From an uncultured Actinomycetes bacterium (GTDB taxonomy: Bacteria > Actinomycetota > UBA4738 > JBBDHU01), in assembly GCA_964640385.1 (NCBI GenBank), contig CAZXFL010000001.1, positions 15,179-79,178 of the forward strand: 64,000 nucleotides of DNA, written 5' to 3'. The notes below the pieces were generated by a model. The model did no database searches. It was not told the origin of the DNA and saw only the letters and a list, made by a program, of their open reading frames with translations. Below, in pieces: positions 35,304 through 46,690 of the stretch (the stretch's first letter is position 1; the number at the start of each line of letters is the position of its first letter). A program made the translations under genes and the position numbers.

Positions 35304-36662
35304 TCACATGTGTGAGATGAGCTGCTCCACGCGCTCGTCGGTGGCACGGAACGGATCCTTGCACAGCACGGTCCGCTGAGCCTGGTCGTTCAGCTTCAGG
35401 TGAACCCAGTCCACCGTGTAGTCGCGCCGCTTCTGCTTCGCCTGCTTGATGAAGTCGCCGCGGAGCTTTGCCCGGGTGGTCTGGGGCGGCTCGCGGGTCG
35501 CCTTCTGGATGCGGTCCTCGTCGACGGCCCGGTCGACCTTCCCCCTGCGTTCGAGCAGGTAGTAGAGGCCGCGGTCGCGGTTCACGTCGTGATACGCGAG
35601 ATCCATCAGCGCGACCTTCGGGTGGGCCAATGGCAGTCCGTGCTTGGCTCGGTAGCGATCGATGAGGAAGAACTTCGTCACCCAGTCGACCTTGCGGATC
35701 AGCCGTTCAGGTTCCCCGGCGGCAAGGGCATCGAGGGCTCCCTCCCACTCAGCGAGGAGGCCACTGGTGAGCTTATCTTCACCGCGCTGTTCCGCGAAGC
35801 GCACCGCCCGGTCCAGGTACTCGTGCTGGATCTCGATCGCGGAGAGTTCCCGTCCATTGGCGAGTCGGACGCGCTTGCGGCAGGTCATATCATGCGAGAT
35901 CTCGCGGATGGCGCGGATCGGGTTCTCCAGGGTCAGGTCGCGCATCACCGCGTTTTCCTCCACCATCCGCAGGACCAAGTCCGTGATGCCGATCTTCATG
36001 AACGTCGTCCATTCGCTCATGTTCGAATCGCCGACGATCACGTGCAGGCGCCGGAACCGCTCGGCGTCCGCGTGCGGCTCGTCCCGGGTGTTGATGATGG
36101 GCCGGGACCGGGTGGTCGCCGAAGACACCCCTTCCCAGATGTGCTCGGCACGCTGCGAGATGCAGAACTGGGCGCCGCGCGGCCCGTTGAGGACCTTCCC
36201 CGCCCCGCAGATGATCTGCCGGCTGACGAAGAACGGGATCAGCACGTCGGCCATACGCGCGAACTCGCCTTGGCGTGCAACGAGGTAGTTCTCGTGGCAG
36301 CCGTAGGAGTTTCCCGCGGAGTCCGTATTGTTCTTGAACAGGTATACGTCACCCGAGATGCCCTCCTCGTGCAGCCGGACCTCGGCGGCCGACAGCAGCG
36401 CCTCGAGGATCCGCTCGCCCGCCTTGTCATGTGCCACTAGATCCAGCACCGAGTCGCATTCGGGGGTCGCGTACTCGGGGTGCGAGCCGACATCGAGGTA
36501 CAGCCGTGCCCCGTTCTCGAGGAAGACGTTCGAGGATCGGCCCCAGTGCACAACCCGGCGGAAGAGGTACCGAGCGACCTCGTCAGGCGAGAGGCGCCGC
36601 TGGCCTCGGAAGGTACACGTGACGCCGTACTCGTTCTCGAGGCCGAAGATGCGGCGATCCAC
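35304..36662 (-). CDS. pafA: Pup--protein ligase PafA
   Basis: N-terminus [17 protein letters not shown] matches PafA (Mtb begins MQRRIMGIETEFGVTCT). Carboxylate-amine ligase fold, 452 aa. Lies downstream of prcA. Confidence 0.85.
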   Translation of the reverse strand: MDRRIFGLENEYGVTCTFRGQRRLSPDEVARYLFRRVVHWGRSSNVFLENGARLYLDVGSHPEYATPECDSVLDLVAHDKAGERILEALLSAAEVRLHEEGISGDVYLFKNNTDSAGNSYGCHENYLVARQGEFARMADVLIPFFVSRQIICGAGKVLNGPRGAQFCISQRAEHIWEGVSSATTRSRPIINTRDEPHADAERFRRLHVIVGDSNMSEWTTFMKIGITDLVLRMVEENAVMRDLTLENPIRAIREISHDMTCRKRVRLANGRELSAIEIQHEYLDRAVRFAEQRGEDKLTSGLLAEWEGALDALAAGEPERLIRKVDWVTKFFLIDRYRAKHGLPLAHPKVALMDLAYHDVNRDRGLYYLLERRGKVDRAVDEDRIQKATREPPQTTRAKLRGDFIKQAKQKRRDYTVDWVHLKLNDQAQRTVLCKDPFRATDERVEQLISHM

Positions 36663-36698
36663 GTTCCCAGTGTAGTCGCGGGCGGCCGCGCGGGTCGG

Positions 36699-37388
36699 CT
36701 AGGAGGAGGCGAGGATGCCGGTGACCTCGTCGTCGTCCAGGCGCCGGAACTTGCGCCTCCCCTTGCGGGAATGGTCCAGGACCGCGCCTTCGATCTGGTC
36801 CGCCTCGACTGACCGGCCTTCGACCGTCGACAGTGCGGTGACCGCCGAACGGACCGCTTCGTCGAGCGCCCATCCCTCCCGGTACGCGTCTTCGAGATGC
36901 TGGGTCAGTTGCTCGGCGTGGCCTCCGATGCCCACGTAGCCGTGGACGTCGTTCACGCTCCCGTCGAACAGGAGGTGATACATCTCGGTCTCGGTGCCAC
37001 CTTCCACGATCTCGGCCACCAGGATCTCGACCTCGTAGGGTTTCATCTGCTGCGTGAAGATCGATGAGAGGGCCTGCGAGTAGGCGTTGGCAACGGTCTT
37101 CGCCCTCACGTCCTCGCGCCCGTACGCGTAGCCACGGGTATCCGCCAGCCGCACGCCCGCGATGCGCAGGTCTTCGAACTCGCTGTACTTACCGACACCG
37201 GCGAACGCGATCCGGTCATAGATCTCGGAGATCTTGTGCAGCGTTGCACTCGGGTTCTCGGCGAGGAATAGGACTCCCTCGGAGTACTCGAGCGCCACGA
37301 CGGATTTCCCGCGCGCGATGCCCTTGCGGGCGTACTCGGAGCGGTCCTTCATCAGCTGTTCCGGCGGTACGTACGGCTGGAAGGACAT
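36699..37388 (-). CDS. prcA: proteasome subunit alpha
   Basis: Start set at MSFQPYV (Met71 of ORF 36699..37598). Alpha-subunit core (ARKGIARGKSVVAL, YGREDVRAKTVANAY). Confidence 0.85.
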   Translation of the reverse strand: MSFQPYVPPEQLMKDRSEYARKGIARGKSVVALEYSEGVLFLAENPSATLHKISEIYDRIAFAGVGKYSEFEDLRIAGVRLADTRGYAYGREDVRAKTVANAYSQALSSIFTQQMKPYEVEILVAEIVEGGTETEMYHLLFDGSVNDVHGYVGIGGHAEQLTQHLEDAYREGWALDEAVRSAVTALSTVEGRSVEADQIEGAVLDHSRKGRRKFRRLDDDEVTGILASS

Positions 37389-38185
37389 CAGCGACGCTCC
37401 CCCTCGGCGGCCTCGACCGCGCCTCGCAGCTCGCCCTCCGCGACCTCCTCCACGCCGCCGGCGGTGATCACTCGGACCGTGGGGAAGATCCCCCGGGACA
37501 GGCTCGGGCCCCCGGTCGCGACGTCTTCGTCGGCCGCATCCAGCAGTGCGTCGACGGCCAGACGGATCGCCTCGGCCCGGGTCAGGCCTGGGCGCCATTG
37601 CTTCTTGAGCGTGCCCTTGGCTCCACGTCCTCCCGAACCGGTAGCGTGGAACTCTTCATCCTCCCAACGCCCACCGGTCGCGTCGTAGCGGAACAGGCGC
37701 CCCTCACTCCGGCGTTCGTCGAACCCGCCGAACAGGGGGACCACGACGAGCCCTTGCAACGCCATCGGGAAGTTCTCGCGGATCATCTGTGCGAGCCGGT
37801 TCGCCTTGCCTTCCAAGGACAGCCGGTCGCCGGTGACCTTCTCGTAGTGCTCCAGTTCGACCTGGAAGAGCTTGACGATCTCGACGGCCTGCCCCGCGGC
37901 TCCGGAGATCGCGATCGCCGAGTACGTGTCCGCCTCGAACACCTTCTGCATCCGGTCGTCGGCGATCTCGTATCCGGCCGTGGCGCGGCGGTCGCCCGCG
38001 ACGATCACGCCAGTGTCGAACTTGAGCCCGAGGACGGTGGTCCCGTGCGCCGTGAGCCCGTCCGCTCTGAGCCCTTCCGTCGCCGGCATCGCCTCTGCTC
38101 TGGCACTGCGCAGCAGGTCCGAGAAGCTCGGGTTGGCGCCGATCAGGCCCGGCATACCGGGCTCCGGGATCAGCGGCCCCGTCAT
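37388..38185 (-). CDS. prcB: proteasome subunit beta (with propeptide)
   Basis: Propeptide followed by the catalytic Thr in [10 protein letters not shown]. Beta-subunit fold. Overlaps prcA start and pup stop. Confidence 0.85.
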   Translation of the reverse strand: MTGPLIPEPGMPGLIGANPSFSDLLRSARAEAMPATEGLRADGLTAHGTTVLGLKFDTGVIVAGDRRATAGYEIADDRMQKVFEADTYSAIAISGAAGQAVEIVKLFQVELEHYEKVTGDRLSLEGKANRLAQMIRENFPMALQGLVVVPLFGGFDERRSEGRLFRYDATGGRWEDEEFHATGSGGRGAKGTLKKQWRPGLTRAEAIRLAVDALLDAADEDVATGGPSLSRGIFPTVRVITAGGVEEVAEGELRGAVEAAEGERR

Positions 38186-38415
38186 TCGCCGCCCTTCTGG
38201 ACGTAGCTCTTGACGAACTCCTCCGCGTTCTCCTCAAGGACCTCGTCGATCTCGTCGAGGATGTCGTCCATCTCTTCCTTGAGCTTCTCGCCTTTCTCGG
38301 TCGACTGGATCTGGCCGGCGTCATCGCCGCCGTCATCGCCGCCCTGGCTGCGCTTCTGGACCCGCTTCTGTTCTTGGGACACTCCCGCTCCTCCTGCTTG
38401 GATGCGTCCCCCCAT
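38182..38415 (-). CDS. pup: prokaryotic ubiquitin-like protein Pup (C-terminal GGE)
   Basis: Disordered acidic protein ending ...[17 protein letters not shown], closely matching the Mtb Pup C-terminus but ending in Glu rather than Gln. Start position uncertain. Confidence 0.8.
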   Translation of the reverse strand: MGGRIQAGGAGVSQEQKRVQKRSQGGDDGGDDAGQIQSTEKGEKLKEEMDDILDEIDEVLEENAEEFVKSYVQKGGE

Positions 38416-38433
38416 CCTAGCGGGGAGAAGCGG

Positions 38434-39921
38434 CTAGGACTGCAGCTGCCGCACGAGCGAGGCAGCGTCCGGCACGCTCTCCAGCAGGCCGTCCACGTGC
38501 TCACGGGTACCGCGGAGCGGCTCCCGCATCGGGACGCGTTGCAGCGCATCCTCACCCGTATCGAAGATCAGCGAGTCCCACGATGCGGCCGTGATGGAAT
38601 CCCGGAAGCGCTCGATGCACCGGCCGCGGAAGTAGGCCCGGGTATCGTCGGGCGGTTCGCTGACCGCGCTGTCAACCTCGTCGTCCGAAGCGAGGCGGTC
38701 GATCTTCCCACTGGAGAGGAGCCGGTAGTAGAGACCTTTGTCGCGCCGGACGTCGTGGTATTGGAGGGCGATGAGCTGGAGCTTGTGGTCGTCCCATGAG
38801 AGGCCGTCGCGCTCGCGGTACCGCTCCAGCAGGTGGTACTTGGCCGCCCAGTCCAGCTCGCGGTGCAGCGACAGCGGGTCGTCGTCCAAGGCGCCCAGCA
38901 CGGATTCCCAGCGCTGCAGCACGTCCGCGTTCTCGGCCGAGGGGTCGTGCTCCTTCACGTACCGCTTGGCGTGGTCGAGGTACTCCCACTGCAGGGCCAC
39001 CGCGGTGATGCTCCGGCCATCGGCCATCGGAACGCTCGTCCGGCATCGGATATCGCGCGAGACCTCATGGAGTGCCTGGACCGGATTCTCGAGGGACAAC
39101 TCGGGCAGGAACTCGTCCTCGATCATCTTCAGTACGAGCGCCGTCGTGCCCACCTTCAGGTAGGTGGAGATCTCCGACATGTTCGCGTCACCGACGATCA
39201 CGTGCAGCCGGCGGTACTTGGCCGGATCGGCGTGCGGCTCGTCGCGGGTATTGATGATCGGCCGCTTCAGCGTGGTCTCCAGCCCGACCTCCGCCTCGAA
39301 GAAGTCGGCGCGCTGGGTGAGCTGGTAGCCCGTCCCGCTCTCTGGGGCGTCGCCTCCGCCCTCGAACCCGAGCTTGCCGGCACCGGTGAAGATCTGGCGC
39401 GTCACGAAGAACGGGGTGAGATCGCGAACGATGCGCGCGAAGGGGGTCTCGCGAGACATCAGGTAGTTCTCATGCGTCCCGTACGAATTGCCCTTGCCGT
39501 CGCTGTTGTTCTTGTAGATCGCCAGCCGCTGTCCGGGCGGGAGCACCTCCCGGACCTCCTCCAGCGACCGCTCCAGGATCCGCTCCCCCGCCTTGTCGTG
39601 GATGACCAGGTCGCGCGGACCGGTGCACTCGGGCGTCGAATACTCGGGGTGTGCGTGATCGACGTAGTACCGGGCGCCGTTCGGAAGGACGACGTTCGCC
39701 AGGCCGACATCCTCCTCGCCCGGCTCCCGGGCGGGAGCCGCGTCGAACCCGCGAGCGTCTCGCGTCGGCGATTCCTGCTCGTAGTCCCATCGGATGCGCC
39801 GCAGGCTTCCCGCATAGGTGCCGATGAGCAGCGACGAGGACAGGACTGGGTTGAAATCGGGCACACCGGGTGCCGAGATGCCGTACTCGGTCTCGATGCC
39901 CATGACCTTCGCGATGGCCAT
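38434..39921 (-). CDS. dop: Pup deamidase/depupylase Dop
   Basis: N-terminus MAIAKVMGIETEYGISAP matches Dop (Mtb begins MQRIIGTEVEYGIS). 495 aa. Located upstream of pup, as in Mycobacterium. Confidence 0.85.
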   Translation of the reverse strand: MAIAKVMGIETEYGISAPGVPDFNPVLSSSLLIGTYAGSLRRIRWDYEQESPTRDARGFDAAPAREPGEEDVGLANVVLPNGARYYVDHAHPEYSTPECTGPRDLVIHDKAGERILERSLEEVREVLPPGQRLAIYKNNSDGKGNSYGTHENYLMSRETPFARIVRDLTPFFVTRQIFTGAGKLGFEGGGDAPESGTGYQLTQRADFFEAEVGLETTLKRPIINTRDEPHADPAKYRRLHVIVGDANMSEISTYLKVGTTALVLKMIEDEFLPELSLENPVQALHEVSRDIRCRTSVPMADGRSITAVALQWEYLDHAKRYVKEHDPSAENADVLQRWESVLGALDDDPLSLHRELDWAAKYHLLERYRERDGLSWDDHKLQLIALQYHDVRRDKGLYYRLLSSGKIDRLASDDEVDSAVSEPPDDTRAYFRGRCIERFRDSITAASWDSLIFDTGEDALQRVPMREPLRGTREHVDGLLESVPDAASLVRQLQS

Positions 39922-39969
39922 CAGGGGTTCCCTTCCGTCGTGCCCGGTCCTCCCGAGGGAGGGACGCTC

Positions 39970-41727
39970 CTACAGGTACTGGCCGGCGCTGACGCGTTCG
40001 ACTTGGCGACCCTCGCCCTCGGTCTCGCCGAGGAGCGTCCGCACGTACACGATACGCTCGCCCTTCTTGCCCGAGATCCGTGCCCAGTCGTCCGGGTTCG
40101 TCGTGTTCGGCAGGTCCTCGTTCTCCTTGAACTCCTCGCGCATGGCGAAGAGCAGGTCCTCACCCTTGATGCCCTTCTCGCCGGACTGCAGGAAGCGCTT
40201 GATCGCCTCCTTCTTGGCGCGCGCCACGATGTTCTCGGTCATCGCGCCCGAGTTGAAGTCCTTGAAGAACAGAACCTCCTTGTCCCCGGACTGGTAGGTG
40301 ACCTCGAGGAAGCGGTTCTCGTCGTCCTCGGCGTACATCCGCTCGACGGAACGGTCGATCATCTTCTTCAGCGCGACCTCGACGTCGCCGCCAGACTTCT
40401 CGACCTCGATCGGGTGGATCGGCACGGAGGCGTTCAGGTACTTGGCCATGATGGAGGCGGACTGCTTGGCATCCGGGCGCTCGATCTTGATCTTCACGTC
40501 CAGCCGGCCCGGGCGTAGGATCGCCGGGTCGATCAGGTCCTCGCGGTTCGAAGCCCCGATCACGACGACGTTCTTGAGGCTCTCCACCCCGTCGATCTCG
40601 GCGAGCAGCTGCGGCACGATCGTCGACTCCACGTCCGAGGAGATGCCGGTTCCCCGCGTACGGAAGATGGACTCCATCTCGTCGAAGAACACGATGACCG
40701 GCAACCCCTCTTCGGATTTCTCGCGGGCCCGCTGGAAGATGACCCGGATCTGCCGCTCGGTCTCACCGACGTACTTGGAGAGCAGCTCGGGTCCCTTGAT
40801 GTTCAGGAAGTAGGAGGTGACGTCCTCGCGGCCGGTGCGCTCTCGGACCTGATCGGCCAGGGACCGCGCGACCGCCTTCGCGATCAGTGTCTTCCCGCAG
40901 CCGGGAGGCCCGTAGAGCAAGACCCCCTTCGGGGGACGCAACTGGTGCTCCTGGAAGAGCTCGGCGTACAGGTACGGCAATTCGACCGCATCGCGGATCG
41001 CCACGATCTGCTCCTCGAGTCCGCCGATGTCGTCGTAGGAGATGTCTGGCACTTCTTCCAGGACGAGTTCCTCGAACTGCTCCTTCGGCAACTTCTCCAG
41101 GAGGAGTCCGGAGCGCGGGTCGTACAGGAGCGGATCCCCGGCGCGGACCTTCTGGCCCTTGAGCGACTCGGCGATCGTGCCGACCAGTTCGTCGTCCCCT
41201 CGTCCGAGCACGATCGCCCGGTCGTCGCCCAGCATCTCCCGCACCGTCACAACCTCGCCCTGGCGGTCGTGCTCGAGGATCTCGACCACGTTCATGCCCT
41301 CGTTCAGGATCACCTCGGCGCCCAAGCGGAACCGGGAGGCGTCGACGTCCGGCGAGACGTTCACCCGCATCTTGCGACCGCCCGTGAAGATATCTATGGA
41401 GCCATCGTCATTCGCTCCGAGGTAGACGCCGAACGAGGCCGGTGGTTGGGTGAGCTTCTCGACCTCTTCGCGCAGTGCCTCGATCCGCTCGCGCTCGGCC
41501 TGCAGCACACCGGTCAGCTTCTCGTTCTGCGTCATGGCCTTGGCCAGATCGGCCCGGGCCTCGTTCAGACGTTCTTCAAGGATGGTGACCTGACGGGGTG
41601 CGTTCGACAAGCGGCGGCGCAGCAGGGCGACCTCGTCCTCCAGGAACTTGACCTGGGTGCCGAGCTCGTGGATCTGCTTCTCGTACTCCTCGCGGCGTGC
41701 CTCGTCGTCGGCGTTCGTACCGGCCAC
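39970..41727 (-). CDS. mpa: proteasome-associated AAA+ ATPase Mpa/ARC
   Basis: Coiled-coil N-terminus, OB domains, AAA+ Walker A (GPPGCGKT) and the C-terminal GQYL proteasome-docking tail. GTG start at 41727 is preceded by GGAGGGAGG. The upstream part of ORF 39970..42063 is junk. Confidence 0.85.
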   Translation of the reverse strand: MAGTNADDEARREEYEKQIHELGTQVKFLEDEVALLRRRLSNAPRQVTILEERLNEARADLAKAMTQNEKLTGVLQAERERIEALREEVEKLTQPPASFGVYLGANDDGSIDIFTGGRKMRVNVSPDVDASRFRLGAEVILNEGMNVVEILEHDRQGEVVTVREMLGDDRAIVLGRGDDELVGTIAESLKGQKVRAGDPLLYDPRSGLLLEKLPKEQFEELVLEEVPDISYDDIGGLEEQIVAIRDAVELPYLYAELFQEHQLRPPKGVLLYGPPGCGKTLIAKAVARSLADQVRERTGREDVTSYFLNIKGPELLSKYVGETERQIRVIFQRAREKSEEGLPVIVFFDEMESIFRTRGTGISSDVESTIVPQLLAEIDGVESLKNVVVIGASNREDLIDPAILRPGRLDVKIKIERPDAKQSASIMAKYLNASVPIHPIEVEKSGGDVEVALKKMIDRSVERMYAEDDENRFLEVTYQSGDKEVLFFKDFNSGAMTENIVARAKKEAIKRFLQSGEKGIKGEDLLFAMREEFKENEDLPNTTNPDDWARISGKKGERIVYVRTLLGETEGEGRQVERVSAGQYL

Positions 41728-41750
41728 CGTGCCTCCCTCCGAACGTTCGT

Positions 41751-42599
41751 TCAGTATAGGTCGGCCTCCGGAGAGGTCGAGTCCTCTCCCTCTCCCTTCG
41801 ACACGTCTCCAGGCTCGGTTGATGCGGGCCCCTTGCGCGCCGAGACGAGGAACCCGGTGTGCCCCACCATGCGGTGGTCCGGACGCACGCTGCGCTGCTC
41901 GACGTGCCAGGTTCGTTGCAGGACCTCCAGCGTCTCGACCTGAACGTAGCCCGCCCGGCGCAGGGCCATCACGAAGTCCTGGACCTGGATCGTCGTCGGG
42001 ATGTAGCCGCAGATGATTCCTCCCGGTCGCAGCACGTCTTGGGCGACCTCGAGCGCATCCCACGGCTGGGCCATGTCCAGCACGATCCGGTCGTAGCGCT
42101 CGCTCCGCGGGGTGTCGCGGACGTCGCCCGTCCGGAACTCGAGCATCGGTGGAACGTTCCCGAAGAACGCGCGGACGTTGCGCTCGCCCTGCTCACGGTG
42201 GTCGTCACGCAGCTCACACGTCACGACCGTTCCACCGTCGCCCACGGCCCGGCAGAGCGCGATCGTGAGAGCCGCCGACCCGGTTCCCGCCTCGAGGACG
42301 AGTAGTCCGGGGTACAGATCCGCCTGCATCAGGATGGGACCGATCTCCTTGGGGTAGACGACCTGCGCCCCCCGCGGCATCTTGACCACGAAGTCGGTCA
42401 GGCGCGGGCGCACGCAGATCAGGGTCGCTCCCGACGGGGACTGCACGGTTACGCCCTCCTCGTGCCCGATGATCTCGTCGTGCGCCACCCCCCCGCTGTG
42501 GAAATGGAAGCTGCCGCCATCTTTCAACGTTATGAGGTAGGTGCGGCCACGGGCGTCAAGCAAGAGTGCTTTCTCGCCGGCACGGAACGGTTCGCTCAC
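41751..42599 (-). CDS. trmI: tRNA (adenine58-N1)-methyltransferase TrmI (Rv2118c-like)
   Basis: N-terminal beta-barrel and Rossmann SAM-binding domain ([14 protein letters not shown]). Adjacent to mpa, as Rv2118c is in Mycobacterium. Confidence 0.8.
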   Translation of the reverse strand: MSEPFRAGEKALLLDARGRTYLITLKDGGSFHFHSGGVAHDEIIGHEEGVTVQSPSGATLICVRPRLTDFVVKMPRGAQVVYPKEIGPILMQADLYPGLLVLEAGTGSAALTIALCRAVGDGGTVVTCELRDDHREQGERNVRAFFGNVPPMLEFRTGDVRDTPRSERYDRIVLDMAQPWDALEVAQDVLRPGGIICGYIPTTIQVQDFVMALRRAGYVQVETLEVLQRTWHVEQRSVRPDHRMVGHTGFLVSARKGPASTEPGDVSKGEGEDSTSPEADLY

Positions 42600-42635
42600 G
42601 GCACAGACGCTACTGCATGCGTCCGCCCCCGAGAA

Positions 42636-43757
42636 CTACGGCAGCGGGTTCACGCCGAGGGTGACCTCGACGGTTTCGGGTGTGCCATCCGGGCGAATGA
42701 TATCCACGTCCACCCGGTCGCCCGGGTCGTGCTCTTGGATCCGCGAGGAGAGCTCCTCGGGGGTGCCGACGCGGTTGCCGTCGAAGCCGACGATGACGTC
42801 CCCGGTCTCGATCTCCGCGTCTTCGGCCGCCCCACCGGCCGCCGTGTCCGCAACGTAGACGCCATGGTCGACCAGAAGGTCCGGCGGAAGTCCGGGCGAG
42901 TCAACGGACACGGCCTGGGTGACGACGCCAAGATAGGGCCCCGGATCACCCGGGTTCTCGACCGCGTACTCGATGGTCTCGCGAGCGGTATCGATCGAGA
43001 TCGCGAAACCGACGTTCTCAGCGAAGCTCGCTCCGACACCGGCGGAGTTGATCCCGACGACCTCGCCGCGGAGGTTGAGCAGCGGCCCGCCGGAGTTGCC
43101 GGCGTTGATGGCTGCATCGGTCTGGATGACACCCTGGTACGTACGGGTGCCGCCTTCACACTCGGCGCAGTTCGGGTCCGGGACACCCGCGACGACCCGG
43201 TCCAGCGCGGACACGATGCCGGTCGTCACGGAAGGGCCTCCCTCCAAGGCCAGCGCGTACCCGATGGCCACGACCGGCTCCCCGAGGAGCAGCTCCTCGG
43301 AGCGCCCCAGCGGGATCGTCGGCAGGTTCTTTCCCTCGATCTGGATGACCGCCAGGTCCGCGGACGGGTCGCCGCCGATCACCCGGCCGTCGTACCGCTT
43401 CAGATGAGGCTCCGGCGTGATGACGGTGATCTTCTGCGCTCCCTCGACCACGTGGTAGTTAGTGACGAGGATCCCATCGGACCGGATGATGAACCCGGTG
43501 CCGGTCCCCTGTCCTTCTTGGACGCCGAGGGGAGTGTTCTGGACACCGGTGGTGGTCACGTTCACGACGGCCGGCCTCGCGGCCTGGACGACCTGGACGA
43601 TCGGGTCTGAGCCCGGATCGGCCTGGGTCGAGAGCGTCCGGGCCTCCGGGAGCCCGACCGGCGTTCCTCCGCCTCCGCTGGTACTGCAAGCGGCCGCGAG
43701 GACGGCGGCTCCGATGGACAGGGCGACGAGCAGCGGGCGTGCGCGATTCATCTGCAT
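42636..43757 (-). CDS. htrA: HtrA/DegP-family trypsin-like serine protease with PDZ domain
   Basis: Lipoprotein-like signal (LLVALSIGAAVLAAACS), catalytic triad context (TNYHVV, DLAVIQ, GNSGGPLLN) and a C-terminal PDZ domain. Start set at Met65 or Met67 of ORF 42636..43949. Confidence 0.75.
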   Translation of the reverse strand: MQMNRARPLLVALSIGAAVLAAACSTSGGGGTPVGLPEARTLSTQADPGSDPIVQVVQAARPAVVNVTTTGVQNTPLGVQEGQGTGTGFIIRSDGILVTNYHVVEGAQKITVITPEPHLKRYDGRVIGGDPSADLAVIQIEGKNLPTIPLGRSEELLLGEPVVAIGYALALEGGPSVTTGIVSALDRVVAGVPDPNCAECEGGTRTYQGVIQTDAAINAGNSGGPLLNLRGEVVGINSAGVGASFAENVGFAISIDTARETIEYAVENPGDPGPYLGVVTQAVSVDSPGLPPDLLVDHGVYVADTAAGGAAEDAEIETGDVIVGFDGNRVGTPEELSSRIQEHDPGDRVDVDIIRPDGTPETVEVTLGVNPLP

Positions 43758-43812
43758 CCTCGGGTTCAACCGGCTTCCTCCCCCCGATATTCGCCGCGGG
43801 CCCAGTGAAGTT

Positions 43813-44409
43813 TCATCCGACGTCGAGTGCCCGGATATCCACGACCTCGGCGAGCCCCGGTCGCAGGCGGACCGCTCCCAGGTGAGGGATCTGAACCGTC
43901 GGGAACGCGTCCATCCCACGGTCGCCGCCGACCACCCAGGCTGCGCCAAGGGGCGCCTCGTGGGAGATGCCGAGGACCAGGCCCTGCCGGTAAAGGTTAC
44001 CGGCCTCCCCGGCCCACTCCAGGATCCGCTCCCCGACGGTCTGCAAGGGGTCCTGGGGGTGCAGCGAGCTGGGATCGGTGAGGTACTTCTCGAACGTCTC
44101 CGGCGCCTGCTCCCGCAGGGTCATCCACGGGGTTCCCTCCCACAGGCTCCAGAAGCTCCATTCGACGAGACGCTCGTCGGTCAGAACGGGAAGACCGTGA
44201 GGATCGGCGATTGCGGCGGCGGTCTCCTGGGCCCGCTCGAGTGGACTGGCGTACACGGCGACGACCCTGCGCTCCGCGAGGGCCTCTCCGAGGGCGTCGG
44301 CCGAACGCCGTCCGGCTTCGGAGAGGTGGTAGCCGGGAAGCCGGGCATAGACGAGGTTCCCCGGGTTCTCGACGGGCGCGTGGCGCATCCCGAGTACTGT
44401 TGCGGGCAC
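43813..44409 (-). CDS. histidine phosphatase family protein (phosphoglycerate mutase-like)
   Basis: RHA catalytic motif at the N-terminus (LGMRHAPVEN), His phosphatase branch-1 fold, 198 aa. Confidence 0.65.
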   Translation of the reverse strand: MPATVLGMRHAPVENPGNLVYARLPGYHLSEAGRRSADALGEALAERRVVAVYASPLERAQETAAAIADPHGLPVLTDERLVEWSFWSLWEGTPWMTLREQAPETFEKYLTDPSSLHPQDPLQTVGERILEWAGEAGNLYRQGLVLGISHEAPLGAAWVVGGDRGMDAFPTVQIPHLGAVRLRPGLAEVVDIRALDVG

Positions 44410-44412
44410 TGG

Positions 44413-45564
44413 CTACCGGATGGGGCCCATAGCCCAGCCGAGCCCCATGATCGCCACGGGCGTGAGGAACAGGCCCCCCACGAAGATCCACGTTCGTCGG
44501 CTGGTCCCGACCACCCAGTCGTCGAGACCGATGACCATCTTCGTGATCGGCCTGTAGAGGACGATGAGGTAGAAGAGCGTGACGACCGTCACGCCTATGG
44601 CCTCGGCCAGGACGATCTGAGCGGCGCCGGCCTTCGCGAGCATCGCGACGACCAGCGTGTCCGCAAGTGTGGTGATGTTGGCGCCCATGATGTAAGGGAT
44701 GGACTCCCGCCGATTGATGTACCCCTTGGCGGCCAGCGGCACGAGGATCGTCAGCGCGACCGAGACCGACAGGGTCAGGAAGGCGGCGAGGCAGCCGAGC
44801 CCGAACATGGTCCACGGCTTCTTGAGCCAGTGGATGCGGTCGGCGGCGTGCTTCTCGCCGTCCAATTCCGGGAGGACCCGGTCGAGCAGCTTGAAGGAGA
44901 TCAGGATTACGCCCAGTCCGACCGGGAAGAGCAGCATCCCAGGGATGTGGTCGGTGATGAGCGTGACGAACGGACCCCAGACCTTGTCGATCAGGCTGTC
45001 CAATTCGCCGGATGCCTGGAGGTTGAAGCCGGACAGGAGCCCCAACTTGAGGATGAAGTACCCGAGGAACATCCCGGGGATGTAGACGAGCGCCGTCAGG
45101 GACAAGGCGAGGACGCCGATGCCGATCGTTCGCTTCTTATCCCTGTTCCTGATTGAGTACAGGAACCCGACGAGCAGAACGATGAGGGCCGCGCCGAGCC
45201 GGGAGCCCGACAGCATCGTGAACGTCTGCAGGGGGGTGAGGACGTTCCCCGAGTAGAAGGCGATGGCCGAGGCCGCGATCGGTGACCCGGAGAGCACGAG
45301 GTAGGCGCCCAGCCAGCCCATCCCCAGTGTCGTGACTCCGTTGTAGGTAAGGAAAGTGCCGTCGAGGCGGGGACCGATGAACTGGGCCCCCTTCGTCATC
45401 AGCTTGATCGCCAGGATGAACAGGAACAGGGCCACTACGAAGTGGAGCAGTTTGGACGCTCGCGAGCGCCACACGGCTGCGGAGGACGATCCGGGCCCGG
45501 GTGATTCGGGGAGCGTTGAGCCCGTGCTCACGGCAACATCATCTGAGGCTTCCAACGGTTCCTC
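44413..45564 (-). CDS. Na/Pi-cotransporter II-related family membrane protein (start uncertain)
   Basis: Na_Pi_cotrans-like repeat (ALFLFILAIKLMTKGAQ...SGSPIAASAIA) and multiple TM helices. The N-terminal 190 aa of ORF 44413..46152 overlap the divergent binding-protein gene and look non-coding. Possible starts are TTG 45564 or GTG 45531. Confidence 0.5.
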   Translation of the reverse strand, partial: EEPLEASDDVAVSTGSTLPESPGPGSSSAAVWRSRASKLLHFVVALFLFILAIKLMTKGAQFIGPRLDGTFLTYNGVTTLGMGWLGAYLVLSGSPIAASAIAFYSGNVLTPLQTFTMLSGSRLGAALIVLLVGFLYSIRNRDKKRTIGIGVLALSLTALVYIPGMFLGYFILKLGLLSGFNLQASGELDSLIDKVWGPFVTLITDHIPGMLLFPVGLGVILISFKLLDRVLPELDGEKHAADRIHWLKKPWTMFGLGCLAAFLTLSVSVALTILVPLAAKGYINRRESIPYIMGANITTLADTLVVAMLAKAGAAQIVLAEAIGVTVVTLFYLIVLYRPITKMVIGLDDWVVGTSRRTWIFVGGLFLTPVAIMGLGWAMGPIR

Positions 45565-45717
45565 GCTCAACGGCAGCTCCGACCTGGGGGGCTCGGGGTT
45601 CAAGTGAGGATATCGGCCGCCCCCGACCCTGGCAATGAACGGGGGTCCCGCTCGTCCCCCGATGGGCCTATAGTGGTGAACCGCAAGAGGTATCCGGTTC
45701 CCAAGGAGGTTGCAGCC

Positions 45718-46614
45718 ATGCAGAAGTTTCGGTTGTTGACGCTGTTCCTGATGGTCCTCGCCCTGACGGCGGCGGCTTGTACCAAGGGCGGATCCACGCC
45801 ATCGCCCGCCGGCGGGGGCGGGACAGAACCCGCGGGCAACGACCTTCTCGCGAAGATCAAGGCGGATGGGGTCATCCGCGTGTCTACGGACCCCGCCTAC
45901 CCGCCGCAGTCCGAGCTCAACCCCAAGACCGGTGAGTACGAGGGGTTCGACATCGATGTGGCCGAGGAGATTGCACGACGCCTCGACGTGAAAGTCGAAT
46001 GGGAGGCTCCGTCGTGGGACCTGATCACGGCCGGCGGCTGGAACGACCGCTGGGACATGAGCGTTGGGTCGATGACCGTGACGCCCGAGCGGGCGGAGGT
46101 CGTGGACTTCACTCCGGGGTACTACTACACGCCCGCCGTGGCGATGGTGCACGCGGACAACACGACCATCGTGGACCCGGCGGCGGACCTCGCCGGGAAG
46201 CAGGTCGGGGTATGCGGCGGCTGCACGTACGACTTCTACCTGCAGAAGACGCTCGAGATCCCCGGTGAAACGATCGACTTCCAGATCGACGACGCACAGA
46301 TCAAGACCTACGACACGGACTCGACCGCCATCCAGGACCTAACGTTGGGCGACGGTGACCGGCTGGATGCGGTCATCACTGCCGGGCCGACCGCAGAGGG
46401 CGCGGTGGACAAGGGCAAGCCGGTGAAGATCGTCGGCGAGCCGCTCTTCTACGAGCCGCTGGCCGTGGCGTTCGACAAGAAGTCCGAGCTAGACGGAGCC
46501 AGCCTCGTTGCCGCCGTCAGCGACATCATCACCGAGATGCATGCGGACGGCACCCTGACGGAGCTGTCGAACCAGTGGTTCGGCCAGGACCTCACGACCA
46601 GGGTCGCGAGCTAG
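45718..46614 (+). CDS. polar amino acid ABC transporter substrate-binding lipoprotein (SBP family 3)
   Basis: AAGGAGG RBS 8 nt before ATG 45718. Lipoprotein signal with lipobox (LTAAACTKG) and SBP_bac_3 fold. Confidence 0.8.
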   Translation: MQKFRLLTLFLMVLALTAAACTKGGSTPSPAGGGGTEPAGNDLLAKIKADGVIRVSTDPAYPPQSELNPKTGEYEGFDIDVAEEIARRLDVKVEWEAPSWDLITAGGWNDRWDMSVGSMTVTPERAEVVDFTPGYYYTPAVAMVHADNTTIVDPAADLAGKQVGVCGGCTYDFYLQKTLEIPGETIDFQIDDAQIKTYDTDSTAIQDLTLGDGDRLDAVITAGPTAEGAVDKGKPVKIVGEPLFYEPLAVAFDKKSELDGASLVAAVSDIITEMHADGTLTELSNQWFGQDLTTRVAS

Positions 46615-46690
46615 CCCGCCACGAGCTTGAAGCGATGACGCGGGCCGGGAGCCAAGGCGCTCTCGGCCCTCTCGCTGTCCGGGGGGCGCG

